Positions 24,621 to 39,249 of a stretch of DNA of 64,000 bases are shown here, piece by piece. Source of the stretch: Epiperipatus broadwayi (lineage: Eukaryota; Animalia; Onychophora); NCBI GenBank assembly GCA_028023455.1, contig JAQFVV010000007.1, positions 8,060,001 to 8,124,000 on the forward strand. The letters run 5' to 3'. Numbering within the stretch: the first letter of the stretch is position 1; every line of letters begins with the position of its first letter. Position numbers and translations under genes: made by a program. The notes under the pieces were generated by a model. It saw only the letters and a program-made list of their open reading frames with translations. It was not told where the DNA came from and ran no database searches.

Positions 24621-25819
24621 ATAACAATTAAAAACCGTTCAATACTTAGACAATCACAATATAGATAACAATCAACAATCTCAAACTGTTGTAAAGGCAA
24701 TCTACTTATACATATATAATTGGATCAAGCACATCTGTGTTTAAAATAACTATGATATTTGAAACACCAAATGTGAATTTCTTATCCTTAGTGTATGAAA
24801 TTCTAAATACCATTATAGGATAAATTATAAAAACTTATTTAATTGGAATTAAACTTCATTTTCTTTACTGTTTCATTTATTTACTATTACATAAATCCTA
24901 TGCTAATAAATAAAATTGAATATTAAATAATTTGTTATTGTTAAATAAATACTTTGATACTAAACTGTATTCAAGTTTATTACAAACAATTGAAGCTTCT
25001 TGACTGGTATTACAGAGCATAGCAACTGTATAAAATTTTAATATGTCTTGATTTTCTAGAATTTTAAACAGGTATCCATTTCAGTACCTTTGTAAGTGTA
25101 TTTTTATTTTAATAAAATAATTAGTACAAATTTTGCTCGCATAGTGTACGTACCTATTTATATCACTTCAGTTGCATTTGCAGTATCTCATATCAATTGT
25201 AATCTAAACATAAGGAATTTTATTTCTGCACTTTTAAGATTTTATAAATACATATATCTACTTATATATATATAATAAATAAAAATTATATACAACAGAT
25301 ATAAATATATATATATATATTAAAAATAATTCAATGAGTTTTTTTCAGCATATGGTTTCATGTCTTTTTCAAATGTTAATCATCTATTTTAATGTTAACC
25401 AATTATCGCATATAGAACACCATCTAGTGTCCCATTGACTGATATTAAAATAGATGAGGATAACAAAACCAAAAGTCTTTTGATGTATAATTATGTAAAA
25501 CATATGTATATATTTATATAGCTATTGTATGTGTTTTTATTATTTGTTATAATTTATATGGAAAAAAAACAGCATAATGAATTTCATTCACTTCCAATTT
25601 TTGATGATTTTTTTGTACAAATATAATATTTTTATAAGTATTGCTTTTAATAAAAAGTTTAATTTATTTGAGTATAATATTTAGTCCACATTTTTATAAG
25701 ACAAAGCATCAAATGATCTCAATTACAAGTAGCAATGGTTGTATTCTAAACATAAGCAATTTATTTCAATTTTTACAATTTTATGGTTATATTTTCTATT
25801 TTATTATATAAATATTAAA

Positions 25820-26035
25820 ACAACCATCACAAATAGATCATCACAACACATGTACATTTATAAAAGGGCATTGAAAAATAAAAAGACCACATCAGCATTC
25901 TTGGAGCATGAAAAGACTACTGGACATAGATTTAAACCCACTAACCCCACAATAGTATGTAGAGAGAGAAATGACCATAGGCCTAAAATAAAAGAATCCT
26001 AATTCATAAATAATGACACTCATTCAATAAACTGA
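25820..26035 (+). mobile_element. Penelope-like element, GIY-YIG endonuclease C-terminal fragment
   Basis: YKRALKNKKTTSAFLEHEKTTGHRFKPTNPTIVCRERNDHRPKIKES matches the PLE pattern HKR...SA+.EH...GH.F.....I+..E.N..KR.+KE. Confidence 0.7.
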
Positions 26036-27077
26036 AGATATCTGTTTCACTATTTCAAAAAGATGGACAAATTAATCTAGACAAAATAAAATGCCAAGAC
26101 CTATGACACAATTAACAGCTAACTAATCTGCATAAATTAGAATGTCTCCTCATTATTATTGTCTGCATTCAGCTATGAATATGAAGTCTAGGAACTTCAA
26201 AAGCTCTTATCATAGATAAACATATAATTTTTACAAAATTAAAGTTCTCTAACAAGTATGTTAGCACAGAATTATTGACATACACTATTTTTTGTAAATA
26301 ATGCTTATAGTAAAAAAAATTTAAATTTGGGATCTTGATTATATCATAAAATATTCTCATGAGTGGTATTAGATACTGGTTATAGCATTTGCATTACAAA
26401 GCTACATTGAAGTTGTTGTGGATTAAGAGTTATTATTTATATACAGTAGCATATAACATTCTAAATACATAAACATAATTTGATGAGAATATATGTTTAA
26501 AATAATAAACAAAAAGATGCACATTAAATAAAATAAAAACAAGTAAAAATTGAAGTTTTCATTTAGTTTCCTGATAATTAATAACATCCTCATTATTAAT
26601 TTCATAGCTTAATTATAAATGTTTTACAGACAATTTTCTAATGTAATAAACTTTTAGACAAATCTGTTTGATCCAACAGATATCATAATAAGGGCTATGG
26701 ATTATCATTAGTTGTTAATTAATTTTTGCATTAAAAATACATACTAAACCCAGCCAATAGATGCTAATGCAATAAGCTACCACATGAGTTACAAAACATC
26801 ACATGATTACATCTTGTTATCTATTAGCAATTTACTATAGATATGAATTTAATAATCTCTTCCATTTGATATCTAATTATTACTAAAGCTTATACTAAAT
26901 GCCATAAATATAGAGAGACTGACAAAAAAGCTAGGCAACAGATGAAAAAGTAAAATGTCATGTCTCTTCAAAAGCAATTAACTTTAGATCAAATAGAAAA
27001 CAAATAAACAAACTTGACAGTCTAATAGAGAGATAAAGCTTTTTTCTGCAATTTGATAATTTAAAAAAGCTTACCTG

Positions 27078-29022
27078 TGTAGTTTGCCTGCTGGCAGCTT
27101 GCCATCTGTTTTTTTAAATAATCCATTTTTAGGGGCTCAGGAACTTATAACACATGGTATAAACAATATGGCTGATTCTAATTATCACATTCAATAATTA
27201 TGTTTTTTTCTCTTTCTTAAAATGATAAAGAAACACAGAAGTCCCACAGGTTGTAATTCAAAATTTTTTAAAGTAAATACAGTATATTTTTTTTTAAAAA
27301 AGTCAGCATTTAATAGACTATAACAAACAGGCTGACAGACCTCATTTTTCAGGTATGCATTATCCAACAATTTTGAAAATATTCCACTGAAACATACAAA
27401 AATCAAAAGGGTTGTAATCAACATTTTTTAAAATGTAAATTCAATACACCAATTAAAAACTAATGTCAGTCCAGTCACAAACATTGTTTTGGAGCATTAT
27501 AACTATGGTCCTTTCCAAACAGATAGGTACTTAGAACATGTGCACTATTGGTCTTGTAATTTTGAAAATATTCTATTGAAACACACAAAAATCTAATGGG
27601 TTGTAATAAACATTTTTTTAAAATGTAATTAACATTTTAAATGTAAATTTACTACACTAGATGTAAACTAATGTTAGTGCCGTAACATACAGTGTTTTGT
27701 AATTTTATAACCTTGTTTTTTTTTTCCAAACAGACAGGCACTTAGAACATGTGCGACATTGCATCTCCATTTACACATAAAGTGTAATTTCATGCTCATT
27801 ATGACATACTTATTAGGCAGGCACTGTCCTGTATTTTTGAAAATATTCCATTGTACTTGTTCTGTTGATGAAATATTCCAATTTTAATCATATTTCTGAA
27901 AATAATATGGTAAAAAAAATGTTAAAAAATTATAATTTTAGTCATGTGTTATTTGTTAGATTCGCGTTAAGTGTTCACTAAGTGTTAATATTTTGAAGTT
28001 ATCTTAGGAATGGACTTTATGGCAGGGATAATCCCAATTTTTAAAGAAATTTCATTCACAATACTAAATTGAATGTTAATTTTAAAAAAATATGAAAACA
28101 TTTTTCAATAAAGTCCATTTAGAACATAATGTTTAAATGATAACACATGGTCAGCACTTAACATGTGGTGTTAAAATTGTACCTTATTTAAGCATTCAGT
28201 AATCCTTATATAAAACTATAGTGATTTTTTAAAAAATTACTTTTTTTTCTTAATCAGTTTTTTAAATATGATCAAAATTTGGAATTTGCCATTGACAGAA
28301 CAGGATGCAATGGAATATTTATGTAGATCACCTGCCATGACTAAAATTATTATAATTTTTTTTAACATTTCTTTTTTACCATATCATTTTGGGAAATATG
28401 ATCAAAATTTGAAATATTTCATTAGCAGAACAAGATGCAGCAGAATATTTTCAAAATATTAGATAGTGCCCACGTTAAAACTATCTAATAATGAATATGA
28501 CATTACACTTTGTGTGCAAATGGAGATGCAATGTCACATGTTTTAAGCACCTATCTGTTTGGAATGAAACATGGTTATAAGACTCCAAAACATCATTTGT
28601 GATTGCACAGACATTAGTTTACAACTGGTGTAGTGAATTTTCATTTTAAAAAAATGTTAATTACAACCCTGTGGATTTTTTATGTTTCAGTGAAATATAT
28701 TCAAAATTACAGAATAGTGCATATCCAAAAAGTGATGTCTGTCTGCTCATATGCTATAGTCTATGAAATGCTGTTTCTTTTTTTAATTTTTATTTATTGT
28801 ATTTACATTTTAAAATGTTTGAATTACAATCATTGGTGTTCTGTATTTCTTTATCAATTTAAGAAGTAAAAAAAAAAAACATAATTATTAAATATGATAA
28901 CTTAGAGCCAGCCATATTGTTTATATCATGTGTTATAAGCCCCTAGCCCCTGAAAATGGATAATTTAAATAAATGGATGGCAAGCTTTCAGCAGGAAAAC
29001 TATATAAATACTGAAAGCTTTT
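27078..29022. mobile_element. Large foldback element (about 1.9 kb) with internally duplicated arms
   Basis: tagtttgcctgctggcagcttgccatc is inverted against gatggcaagctttcagcaggaaaacta; inverted similarity continues inward to about 28020/28100; no ORF recognised. Confidence 0.8.
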
Positions 29023-29477
29023 ATTATTCTGGTAAACTGTTTTAAAGCATTGACAAATGGAGTAATTTTCCCTTAGCTATAGAATTGTCTAAAACTTGTA
29101 ATGGTGTTAGATTAACCTATTAAAATAAACTAATCAAATGACTTTATTTCTCAGAAATTTCATAAAAGGTTAAAGAACGTAATGTATCAAAATGAATCTT
29201 GTAGTCCATAGTCTGATAACTTTCCCAATGAACTAAACCATGTTGGGTAAAACTGCAAGTATTAATCCATTTTTAAAAAATCAATAACAGTTAAAAATAT
29301 TTCTTAAAATATAATCAATCTGTTCTGATTTTTGATTAATAATCAGAAGAAATCACTTGGAAATGGTTTCATGAGACATATATTATAATTTACAATAAAA
29401 AATTTAACTATTATATATGTTACTATCAACATTGAAAACCAGGATTATATACACAATGCCAAAATTGAGATGTCCAA

Positions 29478-31111
<1,634 letters not shown>

Positions 31112-31699
31112 TCAGTTAGCAGCTTGTGTAAGTATATGAAATAGTGATAATAAGATATTTAGTGGGTTAATTATTCTCAGGACTGAAAACACATCAGGAT
31201 TTAAGACTGCATTATATTATATAAAGATGGTTTGACATTTTGTGCTATTTTTCTGGATATGATTCAGTTAGATATTAGCATCACTGAATTTGAAAATAAA
31301 ATTTACTTATAGAGCAGATATGCAATACTTTACAATGTTTTATTGTAGCAGTAATAACATTTTAGTATTTTAAACAATTCTAATAATGTTTGAGCAATAA
31401 TTAAATTAGTATAGCTTCCAGAAACAGCTATAGTTAAACATCTTAAGATATTTCAAGTTTCATGCATTAATTTTAACATGAACTAAGCTAAAGTAGCAGG
31501 TATAAAGTGCCTAAGTTAGTTTCTCAAAGGTTAACGATGAGGGGGTCAAATCTTGAGCTTTGTTGTCATATATGAATGTTTCATTTGTTTTTTAGATTAG
31601 TATTTATTATTAATTCAATGCATTTTATAATCAATAAGTTCACTTATTATTAATATTATAACATTCCCTTCCATGAATAAGTCCAAAGAGCAATCATAT

Positions 31700-32660
31700 T
31701 TTGTTCATTGCCTAAATATTTAACTCCATGTAACTTATTCTATTCTTTACATTTTCCAATAAGACCAATATACTTCATCTGTTTTTTCTATTATTATCCA
31801 CCATTTCTTCAAAAACATTTCTTATTAAATAACTGTTTCCTATCAGTACACTTCTGATCCAGTTTGTCTTCCAATATCCAAAATCTCCAATCAATCTTCT
31901 CTCTTTTCCCACTGTTATCAAATCTCACAAGTAATTCTAACCATTGAACTAAATTTTCTCCAAAATTCTCCAAGCCTGCTGCTATGAGATTATTATTATT
32001 AGAATGCACTCCTCTCAAGACTGATCCATAGAGTAATCCTACAAACATTTAATGATGTCAATCTCTGTCATCTCTTTGGTCTGTCAACATTCATCATTGC
32101 TTCAAAAAAACTATCATCAAACAGGTAAGCATCATAATACATGTCTGAATCAGTTTCTTTTCCCAAAGTCCAATTTCTCTGATCAACCTGCTCTCCTCAT
32201 CTACTTTCATCATAACTTTGTAACATCTCTCATTAAACAATTATTTTTTTCCACATACATTTTAGTTCAATCTCAGTTCCTATATCACATCTTCCCAACC
32301 AATATTCTCTCCAATTGGTCTCACCAAACATTTCATTTGTTACTATATCCAGCCACCCAATCCTTTCCATGATTCACCATTCCCACCACCTAATTATTAT
32401 TAGAATATTTTGTCTTATGGGAAGAACCAGAGAGTAATCATACAGCTGATTCAATTCTTTTTCCATTCTATTCTATTCACTTTTGATTCTGAAACTCCAT
32501 GTAATTCACTCACTTCATTTATATCATTCAATAAAATGATTATTTATCATCCTTTTCTTCTCATACCATATACCATTTCTTTCAAAATTTATTTCATTAA
32601 ATAATTCTTTATTCTCTCTATATATCTGATATATTCTCTCTGCCTTTGACCAATCTTTCC
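31700..32660 (-). mobile_element. Decayed non-LTR retrotransposon ORF2 C-terminal region, clade uncertain
   Basis: Purine-rich minus strand with ...ERIGWLDI...RCYKVMMKVDEESRLIREIGLW..., similar to post-RT regions of LINEs. Confidence 0.45.
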
Positions 32661-33639
32661 AATCAAAAAAAACCAATAATACTTTACAGATTTCCTACCT
32701 AACTTACAATAATTGTTATTACAGATGTCTATTTTCAACTGCAGAAACCACAGTATAAACAATAAGTAAAATCAATAATTTCTAATTGGAAATTCAGAAG
32801 AATTTTTTGAATATCCTAAACATTATCCATTCTGTAATCCTCTGCCACACTGAGACTTCAGAGTTGCATGAAATGGGCTATATCCTTGTCAGGGTTTCAT
32901 TTATGATATGATTCCCTTCAGTGTATTTAAATATTCATCTGTTGAGATAAAAGATTAAACAAGTAAAATGCTATAAATAATTCTGACAAAAAATATCAAT
33001 ACTGATTCACTTAGTTCTCATTATATTTTACTATAGACTTAAAAATGAATGGTTAGTTTTCCTGATTATGGATATTATAAAAATATATTTTTGCAACAAA
33101 AATATTGCATTATTGCTAACTTAACATGGATCAATTAGTATTTTTGTAAATTACTTGATATAGATTATTAAACGATCTCATTCGAAGATGGCTGAAACAA
33201 TTACAACATTCAATATTATGCTCAAATAATAATGTTAAGAAAAAGAAAAGAAATTCAAGTGGAACAAATTCTATTTACATAGGTATCACACACACACACC
33301 CCTCCAGATTGAAGTTCATTGGTGCTACTTTTTGATAAGGGTTACATTCATTGGCTTTTCTACACTGACTAGATTATTACTAATATAAATAATGAAAACA
33401 TTTTTTATGCATTGCGTATAATACAATTCACCATTTTATCGCACTTGCAAAATAGCAAAACAATAATATAAACAATATATTCATAAATACAAATACTTTA
33501 TAAAAATATCTTTTGAATATGTAATTTATTATAATACATTATTAAAATTTATGAATATATTATATATTATAATAACTCTGAGCAAGACTGTTGAATAATC
33601 AAAACTGGTGGCTATTTTGTGAGTGTGATATATTGCATT

Positions 33640-33948
33640 AATCAGAAGTGTTGTGACATTGGTATTTTAGTAGTAAATAAGTGTTGAACAATTTCTATCA
33701 TTTAACATTAAATAATGAATGCCTTTAGAAACATTGTAATTTTTATTTAAACTTTTCAATTATATTCAACTGTTAGTAATAGAACATAGGTTAGTACATA
33801 ACACAAGGTTTCAAGTAATATTATTTTCTCTTTTCTAGGTGATGATAGCCTGACCAGTGACAGTATTGGCTTAGAAATAGAATCTGAATGTATACATCCT
33901 TCAACATTGTTTAAGGTAATGCTCTAAACAACTGAGCTATGCTACCAG
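33640..33948 (-). mobile_element. Third copy of the tRNA-headed SINE-like family seen at 20769-21337
   Basis: Minus: ggtagcatagctcagttgtttagagc...ctaagccaatactgtcactg...aataatattact...tactaacct. Confidence 0.7.
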
Positions 33949-33989
33949 ATGTAATAGTCAGTAGAAATTTCATACATTTATCTATGGGT

Positions 33990-36600
33990 GTCCTACTGAC
34001 TTCTCTATTTTGAGCTACATTAATTAGTGGCTTTCATTCATACTGTATTGTCACATTACTAATGAGGTGATTTGACATTTCCATGATAGTAGTTTCTTTG
34101 AATTTTCTTCTTTATATATTTTTCTCTCTATGAAGTATTTTTGTATTTTCTTAATCATAGTCCATATGTACATATATAGCCTGATACTTAAGACATATCT
34201 GTTTTTACATTTCTAATCAGCAGTTCATGCTCTATCAAATACTTTTCAATGAGATCACTGGTCTCAATATATATCCTTCTACATTCTTATGTTATTTCAT
34301 GGATGCAGTTTTTGTTTTTAGCATTTCAAGTTTATTCAGAGCATAGAGAAAATTAAACAAAGAGACAAAACTCTTGCAACAACATTCATTTTTCAAGAGA
34401 CATGGAAGCTATATCAGACTCTCCAATAAAGTTAACAAAGAACCCTGTTTGAACTCAATAATGTTAGTTCCATAACTCATCTAATATTGTAATTTTTCAT
34501 TATCCATATTTCTAATGTATCACCCATATTTATACTCATTTCATAAATAGCGTAACACAAGTATTAATTAATTTAATAAATGTTTTGAGAATAAGTTTAA
34601 GCTTTGTAGTTGTTAGAATTCCTTGATTGAAGACTTTCTTTAGCTTCTCTGATATCTCTGGCCATATGGATGTTACAGTACCAATAATTGTTTTTTTTTG
34701 TTTGATGTTTTTGTTGTTTATTTAAAGTTTTCTAAATGGCAGCTGGTGGATAACCATAGTTTATTTTATGTACATCTTTTCTTTTTCCAAACCATTGATT
34801 TTTGAATAAATTACTTTTGCTTTGTTCCATAGTGATAGGAAAATTCCATGTTTTGTATTTTGGTATGATTGGATGTGTATGTTAAGTATTTCCCTGTATA
34901 TGTTTTTTTTTTCATAAACTGTAATTTTGATTTTGTCATGGGAAAGACTTGTCACAAGAATATCTACAATACTAATTTTTGTTCATGTTCCCATTCTAAT
35001 GTGAATTCAACTGGAGATGTATTGTTGATATGTGTCCAAAATGTTCATAATAATGTTTTTCCAGTCTAACCATACCGAAAATGTATAATCATCAACAGAG
35101 TGAAATCAAATTTTTAAATGGATATAGGATACTATTTATAGCTGTAATTTTAAGTTCTTCAGTGTAAATGTTGCAAATTCAGAGGTGTTAGTTGTGAGCC
35201 CATTGTCATCTTTGAAGATTGTTAGAAGAATTACATGTATTAAAAGTATGTTATTGTTAAGCAGAATTTTAATAGTTCCATTATACCAACAATAGGGAGA
35301 AAAGTTTGCAAGTCATTATCATTATTAATCTTTTCCTTACAATAGATAATGATTATCGCAGGGTACATTTATTAATAAACTTTCCACATCAAAGCTCACC
35401 AATATATCAGTTCTTTCAATTTTCATATGCAGCTTACTTTTACAAAGTGCTTAGAATTTCTGACAAAGATCTAATTTGTATGTCAAAGAACTAAGGACTT
35501 CAAGAAAAAATCTTGACAAGTTTTGGCAAAGTGAATTTCTAGAACTAACAATAGTTATCAATGAAACATGGACCTTATGGATTTTAGATAGACTATAATG
35601 ATGAAAAATATTGGTGAAATTAAATGGTAATTTTTTTCTGAATTAGTAAAGTACCTGCATTTCTTTCTGGATAATACTTACAATTTTGTTTCTGTACTTT
35701 ATATTGAATTTTTGCCCCTTTTTTGTATTGGTTTGCTGTAAAAAGTGCTTGTATTTTGTTATCAGAATCAATTATATGCATTACAACTATCATATTGCCT
35801 ATTGCAGCCAAGATAATAATTATAGACTTGTCCAGTTGGAGAGATTTAATCACTTTTCTCTCATCATAGGCAATGTTTGATTTCAATTTGCCATCTATCA
35901 GGTGTTCTTTTTATTCTCCAACATAATTGTTACTTTTTTCAAAGGCAGCTTTAGACTCATTTCCTCAGTAGTTGCTATTATATCTAATAATTGGATATTA
36001 GATGGTGTAATGGTAAAGTTTAATCATTTTTCCAAAAATTTCAATATCTGTTAAATGTTCAGAATTACAATTTTTAATTGATGAATTTGCTAGGTTACTT
36101 GATATAGTATGATTTTGATATGTCCATGCAGGTTTACAATTTTTTTTGTTGATATCCTTTTATTTTTCCCATGTAATTTAGAATATGATCTTACTGCTCA
36201 AGAATTCTTATGAAGTCTTCATCTACAAGTTTATTTTTTAAAAAATATTCTACATTGCTAATTGAATGCAAGGTTTGATGCTTAGAAACATTTGAGCATT
36301 TATTCTTTCTCTTAATAGCAACTTAATTGCCCTCTGAATAATTTTTCTCATCTCTCTGGGAGTAAATTGATGGTTTTAATTGCAAACTCTTAGGAAAAGT
36401 CCCTTCAGATTTACATAAGAAAATTAATTAATTTTCTACATTGGGTAGTTTTAGCAGTAATTTTTCAAAATGTCTAAAGTTTAACATAGTATTAGATTCA
36501 CATTCAATACTTACTGTTTGCCTAAAGGTTTGCAATGATGGTATTTCAGTAGTAATCATATATTGGCCTATTTCCACGATATTTTTCTAAAAACATTCAA
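33990..36600 (-). mobile_element. Near full-length decayed Penelope-like element (N-terminal region, RT, GIY-YIG)
   Basis: Ordered minus motifs: FLCKSEGTFPKSLQLK...LLRERI (36.3-36.4 kb); SNIAYDERKVIKSLQLDKSIII..AIGN; SKIHK (35580); LVSFDVESL (35390); MGS (35200); SVDD (35090); FTLEWE; then C..IYIET..EH...KRKFKE (34.1-34.3 kb). Confidence 0.85.
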
Positions 36601-37269
36601 TATTTAATAGTAGATTATGAAAATAGTCCAACATATCATTACTACAGTATTACATTATATAATCTGCATAAAAGAAGTATTTCCATTATATATATTAACA
36701 ATTAATTTATTTATTAACAAAAGAATTTCCTCTCATTTTTCTAATATAAATTATTTAACGTCTTGACATTAAAAACGAAAGGATAAAATCAAATCAACTA
36801 AACGAACGTATTCAAATTCCAGTTTCATTTTGAAAAATATAATTAAATAGTTCCAGATATTGATTTCAATTCATTACAAAAGATTTTATTTTCTTGTTGT
36901 AAAAAATTACCCTTTAACCAAATAAAATCAATAACTAATAAAGGTAACTCAAAAGAAAGACCAATAGCTTAGAAACTGCTCTTGAGTTTCTACTGCCTTG
37001 TCACATAGTGTTCTACTGTTTAATTAATAATTTACATTGGGACTGTATTCAGAAGATAGATCTCCAATATTCTATGAAATGTGTAATATCCTTATGGGAA
37101 TGTCAATTATAGATAATTCCTTCTGTGTAATTAAGTAGTAGTCGGAGTTGGTAAAAGTGACAAAGAAAGTTCTATCTACAGCTTAAGGTCACGTGAAAAT
37201 ATATTCAAAATTCAATTTTACTTTTGTTCCAATTCGATGAAAATTTACACCAAATATCAATGTAATGGA

Positions 37270-37540
37270 TGGCTGAAAAGTTGTGGGATGGAGTGGTTTG
37301 AAGTCTGTCCATTTAAAGTATAAAGATTGGCTATCTTAATAAAACTCGACTTTGATTGTGAGCTTTGATTGTATATATGTGTGGAGATGATAATCTGGAC
37401 CAACTGACGAGTGCTGGTTTTGCAATCTATTGATGATTATTTATCTTTTAGACATGTGTGTGATCAAGTGTATCAGCGAGATGAGGTAGCATGAATGGTT
37501 GAGAGTCATGTAGAAGTCTGAGTTCAAACCCCCTATATAT
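37270..37540 (+). mobile_element. H2 family copy: truncated hammerhead then tRNA-like A/B boxes
   Basis: ctggaccaaCTGACGAgtgctggttttgcaa followed by ggtagcatgaatggttgagag...GAGTTCAAACCCC. Confidence 0.6.
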
Positions 37541-38049
37541 CAAACATCAAAGAAAGTATTAAATATAGCATTTGTGTATTATCAATTTTAAAACGTTGGA
37601 AAAACAATATCTTTTAATTATTTTTATTAGTTTATTTATAAAAACAACAATATTTTTTAATTATTTTCATTAGTTTCTTTATAAAACAATCAAGATAAAT
37701 TAAACTAAGACTGCAGCCTTTTTTATTTGAAGGCAAATAATTTTAAATTAAACTTGACCCACAAAAATTTAAAATGATAAACAAAATATTGGATTTAATA
37801 AACCATCCGCAATTTAAATTTAGTTTATTCCACAGTAATCATCATCATCGATTTAAACAATATGAATTAAACACATAATCTATATATCATTTATTGGAAT
37901 AACACAACGGAATTTGTTAGTAATATATAATTGTTGATTACATTTTTTAAAAAATATTCTACATAAATTAGTAGATTCAAAACTTGATTTTGGAATATTT
38001 TACTTCATAATCTACATATGAGTTCAACTATTTGTCTTTTAACAACTAC

Positions 38050-38560
38050 AATTTTCAACCATTATTGATTCACTACATGATAGTCTTTCTAAATTTAATC
38101 CAGTTTCTTTAATCTTGAGCTTCTTTTCTTCACAATTCATAAGCAAATTTCCTTATTTCATCTATCCATCTCATATGTGATCTATTTTAGATCTTTTACA
38201 ACATCATGAGTCCACTTTAAGATGTCAACTATCCATCTATTATCATCTTTTCTAGCAATATGTTCAGCCAATTCCATTTCAGTCTTTTAATATTTTTAAT
38301 GATGTCAGTTACATCTGCTTATACTCTCATGCATGTGTTTTATTTTGCTCACTCATTGTTACTCATAACATAGATTTATCCATATTTTATTTAGTGAAGT
38401 CTCTATATTCTTCTATTAAGTGTTCAACCTCAGATCTATATGTAAGAATTGGTAAAACATGTTTATCAAAAATCTCCATTTTACAAACACCTAAGCATAT
38501 ATATTTTTTTACTATTTAGTATTTCTATCAAATTCAATGTTTAATTTCATCTATTATGTT
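38050..38560 (-). mobile_element. Decayed RTE LINE 3' fragment
   Basis: Minus homologous to 30000-30485 (ttttaccaattcttacatatagatctg, atattgctagaaaagatgataatagatgg, tcaataatggttga). Confidence 0.75.
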
Positions 38561-39249
38561 TTCATCTACCCAGTGTTATCTCTTACTTTCTAATTATATA
38601 AAAGATTATATCTTTAAAAAAAACAATAAATACCAAACTCATCATAGAATCTTAAATAAACACTATTCTATTGTAAAAAAGAAAAAAGTGATTTTAAAAG
38701 ATTTTACCAAAAATTAATATAATGTAAGTACTCCAAAAAATAAATTCGACAATTTAAATATGCCAAAAAAAAAATTGTAATAAATAAAAATACTTAAAAA
38801 ATGGAACAAAACAAATGCTTAGTGTCCATTTCTATGTTTCTGACACTGCAGTTTTTATTACTATGTAATTATTTATATGATAAAAGGAGAAAAAAACATG
38901 GATAAGATGATGTTCCAAATGTACCATTGGCATTAATTTTGCCTCTGAGATTAAAATCAAAAAACACCACAGTCTTCTCTACCCAACAGTTTTTAGATAA
39001 GAAACCAATTAAGGTTTTGTATGAACATGTATGTGAATGCTGATTTTCTTTGATCTTTACAATCATGATAAACAAAAAAAAAATTAAAATCCTCATTTTG
39101 GAAAACATAAATAAATCTCCAAAGCAGAAATTGTAATCAAATGTAGAAGCTGAAAGACTGAGTAACAAAATTAGGCATTCCATAAATTATAAACTATTAC
39201 TTGCAGATCATTAGAAATATAAGCAGATTAGAAAAAAGTATAAATGAAG

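Noticed and set aside
32710-32940. Short minus exon candidates (LKIDICNNNY; EYLNTLKGIIS*)
   Set aside because: Splice-like motifs occur by chance often in AT-rich DNA; no recognisable domain or consistent chain.
33299-33370. Minus exon QCRKANECNPYQKVAPMNFNLE
   Set aside because: The donor falls in a (GT)n run and the acceptor is weak; kept only as an unverified candidate.
38869-39183. 104-aa minus ORF with hydrophobic N-terminus
   Set aside because: No recognisable family, no splice support, low-complexity composition.
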